Shown in pieces: positions 1 through 11,377 of a stretch of 64,000 nucleotides of DNA (the first letter of the stretch is position 1; every line of letters begins with the position of its first letter). The notes under the pieces were generated by a model. It had not been told where the DNA came from. It saw only the letters and a program-made list of their open reading frames with translations, and made no database searches. Location: positions 13,392,001-13,456,000 of the forward strand of contig OZ024741.1 in assembly GCA_964016885.1 (NCBI GenBank), written 5' to 3'. This DNA comes from Eledone cirrhosa. Its lineage: Eukaryota. A program made the translations under genes and the position numbers.

Positions 1-467
1 TGTCAACAGGCCGCCTGAGGAAGCAGGCCCACAAGGTGGGTGTCACTGTATAGGAAAGTAGAGGACTATAAATGCCATGAATGAGAAAAAAAGGAGAGAA
101 AGAGCAAGGATTATTAGGCACAGAAGAAAAAAAGGAGACGGGGAGAAGGTGACAGGCTCTATGCTTAGGTTGGGGCGGTGTTTTGACTGCTCTCTGTGGA
201 CAAAACTGTGAAGGCATTTCTGCAGACAAATGTATTCTTGTACTTTTCATTCTAAATGTAAATCTCATTATGGTCTACTTGGGTGCTAGACTTGATATCT
301 TGTCCAGTTTAACACTGCCACTGGAACATTGGGTTTCTTTAGCTGGGTTCACTCTATGGCAAGCATTCTGACTACTTCTTCCGTTTTAAGACACTTTCTG
401 CCATGCCTGCCATAAGTCTTGGAGGCCCTGAAAAAGCTGATGGGTGCTGCTTTTCCTTCTTTACATT

Positions 468-607
468 CAGAGTTCAAATCCCACTGAAGTCAACTTTGCC
501 TTTCATTCTTCCAGGGTTGATAAAATAAAGTACCAATAATGTACTGGGGTTGATATAATCAACTTTCTCCTCACCTCAGATTGATGGCCTTGTGCCTAAA
601 TTAGAAA
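468..607 (+). mobile_element. tRNA-type SINE, family A (partial)
   Basis: B-box-like GAGTTCAAATCC, then ...ctttgcctttcattc...gataaaataaagtacca...ggccttgtgcctaaattagaaa; homologous to copies at 9426, 20828, 26798, 27482. Confidence 0.75.
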
Positions 608-751
608 ATGCATTCAGTACACTCTGTAAAGTACTGGAACATATGTAAGATATTGCCCCACCCCTTCCCCACCCCATCTGAGTGATCAGTTGCTCTGATG
701 AATTAGTGTCAGGTAACTAATCTGTTTCATCAGTTTGAAGTGAAGTGAAAT

Positions 752-752
<1 letters not shown>

Positions 753-804
<52 letters not shown>
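753..804. repeat. (TG)n microsatellite
   Basis: Direct observation. Confidence 0.95.
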
Positions 805-805
<1 letters not shown>

Positions 806-1174
806 AACATGATCCTTCCAAAATATAAAAATAAGATTAAAAAAAAGTTTATTTACTGTTTTAGCCAAGGAGGAAAAAGTTGCGCCCATGAGCCTTTTCA
901 GTGTGATTGAGACGTGTAGGAGAGGGGACAGAAGGTATCTTCAAACGGAATGCTTGGAACAGTGTGACTCTCCCTGATAGTTGCCTGTTTCAACACATGA
1001 TTTCACATCAAGAATCTTACAAAACAAATACTAAAACAATTTAAAGAGAAATAGTTTATTGCCAACTCCCCTTCATGTTCATTACATCAATCTTTTCTCC
1101 AGTTCAACACCTCTTAATGGAGGCCTATGCTTCCCAACCTTTTCCCATCCATTTACTCATTGGCAAGTTTTTGA

Positions 1175-4100
1175 AACAAAAAGCACCCAGTTCACACTGT
1201 AAAGTGGTCATGTAGGGGTCATGACAAAAAGGTACCCAGTCCACACTGTAAAGTGGTTGTGTAGGTGTCATGACAAAAAGCACCCAGTCCACACTGTAAA
1301 GTGGTTGTGTAGGTGTCATGACAAAAAACACCCAGTCCACACTGTAAAGTGGTCATATAGGTGTCATGACAAAAAGGTACCCAGTCCACATTGTAAAGTG
1401 GTTGTGTAGGTGTCACGACAAAAAGCACCCAGTCCACACTGTAAAGTAGTCATATAGGTGTCATGACAAAAAGCACCCAGCCCACACTGTAAAGTGGTCA
1501 TATAGGTGTCATGACAAAAAGCACCCAACCCACACTGTAAAGTGGTCATATAGGTGTCATGACAAAAAGCACACAGTCCACACTGTAAAGAGGTCATATA
1601 GGTGTCATGATAAAAAGCACAAGTCCACACTGTAAAGTGGTCATGTAGGTGTCATAACAAAAAGCACAAGTCCACACTGTAAAGTGGTCATATAAGTTTC
1701 ATGCCAAAAAGCACACAGTCCACACTGTAAAGTGGTCATATAGGTGTCATGACAAAAAGCACCCAGCCCACACTGTAAAGTGGCCATTTCGGTGTATATG
1801 ACAAAAAGCACCCAGTCCACACTGTAAAGTGGTCATGTAGGCGTCATGACAAAAAGCACCCAGTCCACACTGTAAAGTGGTCATAGAGGTGTCATGACAA
1901 AAAGCACAAGTCCACACTGTAAAGTGGTCATATAAGTTTCATGCCAAAAAGCACACAGTCCACACTGTAAAGTGGTCATATAGGTGTCATGACAAAAAGC
2001 ACCCAGTCCACACTGTAAAGTGGTCATATAGGTGTCATGACAAAAAGCACCCAACCCACACTGTAAAGTGGTCATGTAGGTGTCATGACAAAAAGCACCC
2101 AGTCCACACTGTAAAGTGGTCATAGAGGTGTCATGACAAAAAGCACACAGTCCACACTGTAAAGTGGTCATGTAGGTGTCGTAACAAAAAGCACAAGTTC
2201 ACACTGTAAAGTGGTCATATAAGTTTCATGCCAAAAAGCACACAGTCCACACTGTAAAGTGGTCATATAGGTGTCATGACAAAAAGCACCCAGCCCACAC
2301 TGTAAAGTGGCCATATAGGTGTATATGACAAAAAGCACCCAGTCCACACTGTAAAGTGGTCATATTGGTGTCATGACAAAAAGCACCCAGTCCACACTGT
2401 AAAGTGGTCATATAGGTGTCATGACAAAAAGCACCCAGTCCACACTGTAAAGTGGTCATCTAGATGTCATGACAAAAAGCACCCAGTCCACACTGTAAAG
2501 TGGTCATATAGGTGTCATGACAAAAGGCACCCAGTCTACACTGTAAAGTGGTCATATAGGTGTCATGACAAAAAACCCCAGCCCACACTGTAAAGTGGTC
2601 ATATAGGTGTCATGACAAAAAGCACACAGTCCACACTGTAAAGTGGTCATATAGGTGTCATGACAAAAAGCACACAGTCCACACTGTAAAGAGGTCATAT
2701 AGGTGTCATGATAAAAAGCACAAATCCACACTGGAAAGTGGTCAAGTCCACACTGTAAAGTGGTCATGTAGGTGTCATAACAAAAAGCACAAGTCCACAC
2801 TGTAAAGTGGTCATATAAGTTTCATGCCAAAAAGCACACAGTCCACACTGTAAAGTGGTCATATAGGTGTCATGACAAAAAGCACCCAGCCCACACTGTA
2901 AAGTGGCCATTTCGGTGTATATGACAAAAAGCACCCAGTCCACACTGTAAAGTGGTCATGTAGGCGTCATGACAAAAAGCACCCAGTCCACACTGTAAAG
3001 TGGTAATATAGGTGTCATGACAAAAAGCACCCAGTCCACACTGTAAAGTGGTCATATAGGTGTCATGACAAAAAGCACCCAGTCCACACTGTAAAGTGGT
3101 CATATAGGTGTCATGACAAAAGGCACCCAGTCCACACTGTAAAGTGGTCATATAGGTGTCATGATAAAAAGCACAAGTCCACACTGTAAAGTGGTTATGT
3201 AAAGGTGTCATGACAAAAAGCACACAGTCCACATTATACAGTGGTCATCTAGGTGTCATAACAAAAAGCACACAGTCCACATTATAAAGTGGTCATGTAG
3301 GTGACATGACAAAAAGCACACAGTCCACATTATAAAGTGGTCATGTAGGTGTCATGATAAAAAGCACACAGTCCACATTATACAGTGGTCATGTAGGTGT
3401 CATGACAAAAAGCACCCAGTCCACACTGTAAAGTGGTCATGTAGGTGTCATGACAAAAAGCACCCAGTCCACACTGTAAAGTGGTCATATAGGTGTCATG
3501 ACAAAAAGCACACAGTCCACATTATAAAGTGGTCATATAGGTGTCATGACAAAAAGCACACAGTCCACATTATAAAGTGGTCATATAGATGTCATGACAA
3601 AAAGCACACAGTCCACATTATAAAGTGGTCATATAGGTGTCATGACAAAAAGCACACAGTCCACATTATAAAGTGGTCATATAGGTGTCATGACAAAAAG
3701 CACACAGTCCACATTATAAAGTGGTCATATAGGTGTCATGACAAAAAGCACACAGTCCACATTATAAAGTGGTCATGTAGGTGTCATGACAAAAAGCACA
3801 CAGTCCACATTATAAAGTGGTCATATAGATGTCATGACAAAAAGCACACAGTCCACATTATAAAGTGGTCATATAGATGTCATGACAAAAAGCACACAGT
3901 CCACATTATACAGTGGTCATCTAGGTGTCATAACAAAAAGCACACAGTCCACATTATAAAGTGGTCATGTAGGTGACATGACAAAAAGCACACAGTCCAC
4001 ATTATAAAGTGGTCATGTAGGTGTCATGATAAAAAGCACACAGTCCACATTATACAGTGGTCATGTAGGTGTCATGACAAAAAGCACCCAGTCCACACTG

Positions 4101-4400
4101 TAAAGTGGTCATGTAGGTGTCATGACAAAAAGCACCCAGTCCACACTGTAAAGTGGTCATATAGGTGTCATGACAAAAAGCACACAGTCCACATTATAAA
4201 GTGGTCATATAGGTGTCATGACAAAAAGCACACAGTCCACATTATAAAGTGGTCATATAGGTGTCATGACAAAAAGCACACAGTCCACATTATAAAGTGG
4301 TCATGTAGGTGACATGACAAAAAGCACACAGTCCACATTATAAAGTGGTCATGTAGGTGTCATGACAAAAAGCACACAGTCCACATTATACAGTGGTCAT
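1175..4400 (+). repeat. 48-bp tandem satellite (about 67 units) derived from the RTE LINE 3' UTR
   Basis: Unit gtgtcatgacaaaaagcacccagtccacactgtaaagtggtcatatag; the 16-aa periodicity in the spurious ORFs confirms 48 bp; resembles 14125-14220. Confidence 0.95.
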
Positions 4401-4703
4401 TAGGAACAGCACCCAGCTGTAGAAACCAAGCCCAAATCAGTCCAGTGTGATCTGTAGGTCATCTGCTCTGGCTTGGCTCACATCTGGACAACTCATCTAA
4501 CCCATGCTAGCATGTAAAAATGGATGTTAAACAGTGATGATGAGGATGATGACGATGATGGTGATGGTTTTTATGACGATGATGACGATGATGGTGATGG
4601 TTTTTATGACGATGATGAGGATGGTGATGGTGATGGTGATGACGATGATGGTGATGATGATAATAATTATGATGGTGATTATGGTGATGACGATGATGAT
4701 GAT
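4400..4703 (+). mobile_element. RTE LINE terminal tail with expanded (GAT)n
   Basis: taggaacagcacccagctgtagaaa...ctaacccatgctagcatgtaaaaatggatgttaaac followed by a GAT-rich tract; matches 14228-14358. Confidence 0.8.
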
Positions 4704-5019
4704 TTACCTTCCACCCTTGTTTAATAATTTATGTTAACATTTCTCCAACAACTGATGAAAGGGGATAACATTAGTTTTCACTATTATTTTAGGTTCAAAT
4801 AACAATAAGAGAAAAGAATGTTATTTCACTGCCTAATGATGAACATTAGTTGACATTCCTCTCTCAATTAAGTCTCCTACATTAGTAACATGGTAATTAA
4901 CATCTATATTATACTGATCATTAACTCTAATTATATAGAAAGAAAACAAATTACAAGTAGTTTCACAAACAAAATGGAATAGACTTCCGTTGATTACAGT
5001 AGTGTGTGTTCTCATTGTT

Positions 5020-5150
5020 TGATCAGTGGGGTGGCTGTCTTATGAAATTAAGATGTAAGTGGCTAAGTACCCTACAAAGGCGTGAACCCTTAACGTAAAT
5101 TTTAGGGAGATTTAGTGTGGCCCTCTGTATGACAAAGCTGGTCCTCTGAT
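5020..5150 (-). mobile_element. SINE-like repeat, family B fragment
   Basis: Reverse complement resembles 29403-29510 (aatttacctgaggaatatattaa...cacttgcaggttaat). Confidence 0.5.
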
Positions 5151-5169
5151 TAGCTTTCAAACAGTATCT

Positions 5170-5306
5170 GTCTGCCCAGTTTCATTGATAAGGTATGGGT
5201 TGACTTGAAGTTGATGTACCTGACTCTTGCCCCAGATGTAATACCGTGGGATTGAACTCACAACCTCTTGGTTTTAAAACAAACTTCTTAACCATTCAGT
5301 CATCCT
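5170..5306 (-). mobile_element. Degenerate tRNA-derived SINE head
   Basis: Minus strand reads ...gactgaatggttaagaag...gagttcaatcccac (A-box- and B-box-like). Confidence 0.5.
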
Positions 5307-5470
5307 TCTTTCATTATAAAGAAAATAGGCCCACTTTAACCCTTTAGTTACCAACCCAGCCAAAACCAAATCTGGTTCTACGAAATAAAGACACGGTCAC
5401 TTGATCTAACAGAAAGCACCTAGTACACACTGTAAATGTGGTTGGCATTAAATGTGGTTGGCTGTAAATG

Positions 5471-6178
5471 TTTCTAATTTAGCCCTTTCATAGCCATATT
5501 TCTAATTTAGCCCTTTCATAGCCATATATCTAATTTAGCTCTTTCATAGCCATATTTCTAATTTAGCCCTTTCATAGTCATATTTCTAATTTAGCCCTTT
5601 CATGGCCATATATCTAATTTAGCCTTTTCATAATCATATTTCTAATTTGGCCCTTTCATACCCATATTTCTAATTTAGCCCTTTCATACCCATATTTCTA
5701 ATTTAGCCCTTTCATAGTCATATATCTAATTTAGCCCTTTCATAGTCATATTTCTAATTTAGCCCTTTCATAGTCATATTTCTAATTTAGCCCTTCCATA
5801 GCTATATTTCTAATTTAGCCTTTTCATAGCTATATTTCTAATTTAGCCTTTTCATAGCCATATATCTAATTTAGCCCTTTCATAGCCATATTTCTAATTT
5901 AGCCCTTTCATAGCCATATTTCTAATTTAGCCCTTTCATAGCCATATTTCTAATTTAGTCCTTTCATAGCCATATTTCTAATTTAGTCCTTTCATAGCCA
6001 TATTTCTAATTTAGCCCTTTCATAGCCATATTTCTAATTTAGCCCTTTCATAACCATATTTCTAATTTAGCCCTTTCATAGTCATATATCTAATTTAGCC
6101 CTTTCATAGCCATATTTCTAATTTAGTCCTTTCATAACCATATTTCTAATTTAGCCCTTTCATAGTCATATTTCTAAT
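5471..6178 (+). repeat. 28-bp tandem repeat (about 25 units)
   Basis: Unit tttctaatttagccctttcatagccata. Confidence 0.95.
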
Positions 6179-6405
6179 GAAAAACATGGCCATATTAAAT
6201 TTTGAAAATAATCAACTATTTGGAAGGATTTAATAACATAACTTTCTCATTTTGGAACATAATTTAATAGAGGTTCATAGATAACATTATGATGGAAAGT
6301 CTTAAGATATATATAAATACTTTCAAATAAATACCTTTGTTTCGTAGAACTAGGGGCACTTTCAAGCAGTTGGTATTAAAATAAACAGCTTTGTATTAAT
6401 TTGGT

Positions 6406-6517
6406 GAAATGAGAGGTCACAGCTTTGATATTACAGACATGGTCAGAATATCTCAGGAAAAATGAGAGGTCACAGCTCTGATATTACAGATGTAGTCAGA
6501 ATATCTCAGGAAAAATC
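6406..6517 (+). repeat. About 54-bp direct duplication
   Basis: aaatgagaggtcacagct-tgatattacaga...tcagaatatctcaggaaaaat occurs twice. Confidence 0.8.
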
Positions 6518-6519
6518 GC

Positions 6520-6680
6520 AGGAGAGATTTTATGGCCAAAAACCACTGACAGGAGACCCAGGAGTAGACTCTAAACAAGATGGTTGGATAATATCAATGA
6601 GCTCGGCTGGTCTCCCTTGAGGATCCAGCAGAATCAGTTGGAAATGGTTGCTTCTGACAGGACCTGTTGGAAGGCATAAG
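6520..6680 (+). pseudogene. Degenerate RTE-like ORF2 C-terminal fragment
   Basis: Reads WPKTTDRRPRSRL*TRWLDNINEL, like the RTE G-R-R-P-R-G-R-P..RW.D motif. Confidence 0.5.
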
Positions 6681-6984
6681 TGAGGAAAGAAGAAGCTTTG
6701 TATCATAAAACAAAGTGCAGTTTCAAGCAGTTTGGCATTAAAAAGGGTTAATGTTTATAACATGGATCCCTGCTCCTATGAGACCATTCTGTTAAGAGTT
6801 GTACCAGTTACTACATATATCCTATGTTTAAATTCTGCTGTAAATGGGTTAACTAGTCTATAGCTCAACTGAAGCTATTACTTTATAAAATATGGGGATA
6901 CAGTACACAGTTTTTTTAACAATTTGTATTCTAAAAAACATCCTCGTATATTTTATCTCCCACCCCTTGGCACCACCACCACGT

Positions 6985-7335
6985 TTCCAACAAAGTGTTG
7001 TGTGCATGCATCAGCCCACAGTTTCCTGCCTCATAGCTATCCACCGCATGAGCTGGTATGGACATGTCCTCTGCTTTCCACCAGATCATCCTACCAGTGC
7101 CTTACCCTTGTTTGATGCAGTGGCTGTAGGGTGGAAGAGGCCCTGCAGCAGGCCCTGGACCAGATGGCAGGATGTCATCAGGAAGATCTCTGGAGGCTCA
7201 ACATCACTTTGGACGATGCTGGCACGGGTCAGCTAGCGATATAGGGTGCAGGTAGATCTGGTCGGCTCTACACACGATAATGCTTCTGGGATCACTTGCT
7301 CAGGATGACCCCTGCCTCATCGAGCAAGAAAAGGA
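6985..7335 (+). pseudogene. Degenerate RTE-like ORF2 C-terminal fragment
   Basis: HRMSWYGHVL...GWKRPCSRPWTRWQDVIRK in ORF 6892-7236. Confidence 0.65.
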
Positions 7336-7380
7336 AGAAGACCCCTTGGGTCCCAAAGATATACTGGTATATTTATCTTG

Positions 7381-7592
7381 CCCTGGTCACTCCCATAACT
7401 TCCTGGTCAATGTTACGGTTCTCTGGGCACTGTCATAACTTCCTGGTCACAGTCACAGTTCTCTGGTCACTACCATAACTTCCTGGTTACTGTCACACTT
7501 CCCTGGTCATTGTCATGCTTCTCTGGTCACTACCATAACTTCCTGGTCACTGTGAAGCTTCCATGGTCACTGACCTAATATCCTGGTTACTT
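7381..7592 (+). repeat. Degenerate 20-bp tandem repeat
   Basis: ctggtcact(a/g)(c/t)cataacttc-like units, about 10 copies. Confidence 0.75.
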
Positions 7593-7896
7593 TTCATGGG
7601 TGTAAATTAAAAAGTTCATTCATAACCAAGTAATTTCAAGTTAGGTGGCAATATCTAACTTTAAATATGAAGAAAGTTATTGTATCTGAGCCCGAAACAA
7701 GGAAATACCCATAATAAGTCACTAGGTCTCTATATCAATCTAGGTCACTAATGGCTAGACCAATCTAGGTCAATCTCAGTCACTAAGCTGGTTGGTCAAG
7801 GAATATTATCACCTGACAGTTTCATCATCTTTAGTTTTTTCTCATCTTCACCCCGTTGTCCCCTACAGATTTAGAGTTGATCTCAATGCCACATAT

Positions 7897-8111
7897 TTAA
7901 CCCTTTAACATTTACATTACTCTATATTTACTATTGTATTTTCACAGTAAAAGCTTTATCTCACATAATATCAAATCTACGAGAGTTTGATATTATTTAT
8001 TTTGAGAACTATACCTTAACATCTGTATGAGTGGCCAGTTAAAGCCAGTTTGAACAGAAGAAGTGAGAGAATTCTGGCTGGATATGGCCGGTTTAAATGC
8101 TAAAGGGTTGA
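7897..8111. mobile_element. piggyBac-like MITE (about 207 bp between TTAA/TTGA)
   Basis: TTAA-CCCTTTAACATTTA ... TAAATGCTAAAGGG-TTGA terminal inverted repeats; expanded homolog at 48271-50685. Confidence 0.75.
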
Positions 8112-8451
8112 CCTTAGTTATGTACTGTTGTTGCAGTCTTGATCTTGAGAAATTCACTGACATCAAACTCTCTCTCATCAAAGCACTTTATTTATATCTC
8201 ATGAAATACCTTCCTCTCACTGGTAGTTATCTCGTTACAGGTGTCACCTGTCAAGTATCTCTTCCATAATATTTTAGAGCACATTTTTGTGAACAATAGT
8301 GATGTCATTGATTACAAGTGTTCAATGTACCATTCAGGGTTCATTGCATTTTAGTAAGGTGGAAAGTGACAAGTGGATTTCTGTGTAACTCAGGCAGAAC
8401 AAACATCACAGGGGACTTTTGTACCAAAGCCCCAGTTTGAGTGTTTCTTGA

Positions 8452-8491
8452 TACACACACGCCCAAATCTACACAGACATGCCACACACAG

Positions 8492-8524
<33 letters not shown>

Positions 8525-8729
8525 CGGACACAGATATATATACACACACATACTCTGGAACATACATACCCACACGCACACAAATCTATACAGACACATG
8601 CCACACAGATATACACACACATGTATATACCCACGCACAGACACACACCAACGCAGACACACAAACACATTCACACTCACACACACAAACACACTCACAC
8701 TATCACACACACATTCAACACAAATGCTG

Positions 8730-8761
<32 letters not shown>

Positions 8762-8966
8762 ACCCAACACACACACAGACACACCCAACACACACACAGA
8801 CACAACACACACACACACAACACACACACACACAACACACACACACACACACAACACACACACACAACACACACACAGACACAGACACACAACACACAAC
8901 ACGCACACAACACGCACACAACACACACACAACACACACGCAGACACACACACTCCCACACAAACA
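8452..8966. repeat. Compound (CA)/(TA) microsatellite
   Basis: Direct observation. Confidence 0.9.
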
Positions 8967-9176
8967 GAGATACAACAGTCTGCTACACTATATCAATGAC
9001 TTAAATCTCCAGTGAAACAACTGATACTTGTGCCACACCTGAAAGAATATGGCTGGGACAGGGCTGGATTTAATGGGGAGTGGGGGATTGTATCAAGCCC
9101 CACCAGTGACAGCTGTAGCAATCTATTTGTGCTGGGCTTTTTAGTTTTAGGATAGTTAGAATTTTTTAATTTAATA

Positions 9177-9842
9177 CATCATCATCATTTAATGTCTATT
9201 TCCACGCTAGCATGGGTTAGACAGGAGTTTTGAGGCAAGATTGGTCGGGTGACTGTGTCTCGCTCATATAGGACTATTTGGCAGGTTTTCTACGGCTGGA
9301 TGCCCTTCCTAACACCAACCACATTTACAGTGTGGAACTGGGAACTTTTTACCGTGTAACCTACACGACCACATTACAGCGTGGACTGTGTTTTTTTGTC
9401 GTGACGCCTACACGAACTCGATCTCTGGATTGGCAGTATTGGTAGAGGGTCGGGCGCCATGCTTTGAAGCATAGAGTTATCTCCCTTTATGATCTGAGTT
9501 CAAATCCCGCCGAGGTTAACTTTGCCTTTCATCCTTACGGGGTCGATAAAATAAAGTACCAGTAATGCACTGGGATAATTGCTGGCCTGGTGCCAAAAGT
9601 AGAAACCATTATCTCATTAGTTTGGACTGGATGTTGTGGTACCAACTTTACAGAGAAAGGGTGGTGTTGGTGGGAGTGGGAGGATGGAGTAGGGGTAGTG
9701 GGTTGGGGTGTATATTTGGTTAAGAGGTGCCTACTGACTGTAGGTTTCGCTTTGTACATAGGCAAGGCGGGTCTTCTGTATTACTGCATGGCGTCAAAGA
9801 TCTCGGTCCAGTGACATTTTCTTAGAGAGGTGCAAGTGTGTA
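9177..9842 (-). mobile_element. RTE LINE 3' end, interrupted by a SINE
   Basis: (CAT)n + ttccacgctagcatgggttagac; colinear with 44325-44805 and with the reverse complement of 13905-14358. Confidence 0.85.
9426..9607 (+). mobile_element. tRNA-type SINE, family A, near full length
   Basis: ggattggcagtattggtagag (A-box-like) ... GAGTTCAAATCC (B-box) ... ggcctggtgccaaaagtagaaa. Confidence 0.8.
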
Positions 9843-10154
9843 CTGTATGTATAACTTTTCAGTTCCAATTACTTGCGGCAATCTAACTTTGGTATGTAAA
9901 ATTGGGGGGTTTTCTGTGTATTCTAATTTTTTACCTGAACTTTCCCAGTCCCCCCGTCTAAATCTGCTTGTGGTGTGAACATCTTAACTATTCAACTATA
10001 TCTATGGATTTCTTCTTGTGTCATCATTATATCTTTAACCTTTAATTTCCTCTACAAATGAGATTGTCCACTAGTAAAGACACTATAAACATTTGAATAG
10101 CAAACCACATAAAAACGTATTAACAAGACATTCTGGGGAAAGCAGCTGTGTTGT

Positions 10155-10375
10155 TGGTTTTCACAGGTCCTCTGAGCCTAGTAAGATCTAAAGAAAGGGG
10201 CTGTCTATTGTCCATGGCTTTCACAGGTCCTCAGAGTCTGGTGAGATCTTAAGAAAAGGGCTGTCTATAGTCCATGGTTTTCACATGTCCTCTGAGTCTG
10301 GTGAGATCTAAAGACAGGGGCTGTGTCTATTGTCCATGGTTTTAACAGGTCTTCTGAGCCTGGTAAAATCTCAAG
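10155..10375 (+). repeat. 60-bp tandem repeat (about 3.7 units)
   Basis: tggttttcacaggtcctctgag-ctggtgagatct-aaga-aggggctgtctattgtcca. Confidence 0.85.
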
Positions 10376-10940
10376 ATCCTAATCTTTAACTCTTGGCCCT
10401 CTTGGTATAATGCTGTAAACCACAAGGTCACTGATGCCCTCCAAAACTACAATGAACAGAAATGAAACTGATGTAAATATAGTTTAAATGTAAATATTAG
10501 AAATGTGTCTGATCTGACTGAGAGGTTAATTAGTTTGAATAAATTATAACTTATTGACAAGAACTCATCTCAGATGTTTCCACATTTAATCAGGCAAATC
10601 AGTGTTAGCTTCAGTATGTTAATTATATTAATATCCATGTACTCTTGGGACTGAAATAGTTGTCCCCTCCCCTGCTAATTAATTTTTCAGATATCTTCTA
10701 AGCTGCCCGCTCTTATCCCCCTTCACCGCTCTTATTCCCCCCACCACCGTGCTTATTAAATTTTGCTAATCTATCTCTGGCAAAATTTTTCTTTATACAT
10801 TAAAAAACATTATACAGGACCATTATACATTACTAAAAATCCCATAAAAAATCAATGGAGGCAACCTAGAAAAATTACCAATTTTCCAACCCCTCCCTCA
10901 CTTATTCCAAACTCCCTATTATTTGGTAACCCATAGTATG

Positions 10941-11329
10941 TAACGGAGTGCTGAAAATTTCCTGGCTTTGAGTAAAATAAAATATAGGAGGATCAGTTAA
11001 TTATGATTTTATTCAACATATTCCTCTCTCAGATCCATACATTTATTACAGTGGTCCTACCTCCCTTGAGAAGGTAACAGCTCTACCCTTTCACAGCCCT
11101 ACCTCCCTTGAGAAGGTAACAGCTCTACCCTTTCACAGCCCTACCTCCCTTGAGAAGGTAACAGCTCTACCCTTTCACAGCCCTACCTCCCTTGAGAAGG
11201 TAACAGCTCTACCCTTTCACAGCCCTACCTCCCTTGAGAAGGTAACAGCTCTACCCTTTCACAGCCCTACCTCCCTTGAGAAGGTAACAGCTCTACCCTT
11301 TCACCTGCAACTTTCAGCACCCCCTCGTG
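10941..11329. mobile_element. Tc1/mariner-like MITE containing a 42-bp array
   Basis: Left cggagtgctgaaaattt and right aactttcagcaccccctcgt are imperfect inverted termini of mariner type (CGAGGGGGTGCTGAAAAGTT). Confidence 0.6.
11056..11304 (+). repeat. Perfect 42-bp tandem repeat (5.9 units)
   Basis: cctacctcccttgagaaggtaacagctctaccctttcacagc at 11056, 11098, 11140, 11182, 11224, 11266. Confidence 0.95.
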
Positions 11330-11336
11330 TGCGTGC

Positions 11337-11370
<34 letters not shown>

Positions 11371-11377
11371 GTAAATA

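Larger units (their letters stand above)
6150..6750. mobile_element. Putative TTAA-type (piggyBac-like) MITE remnant interrupted by an RTE fragment
   Basis: Ends AAAGGGTTAA at 6741-6750; 5336-5390 (TTAACCCTTT...ttctacgaaataaag) is an inverted copy of 6335-6380. Confidence 0.4.

Noticed and set aside
1175-4400. CRISPR-like array (palindromic repeat with regular period)
   Set aside because: Units are head-to-tail with no unique spacers, there are no cas genes, the context is eukaryotic, and the unit derives from a LINE UTR
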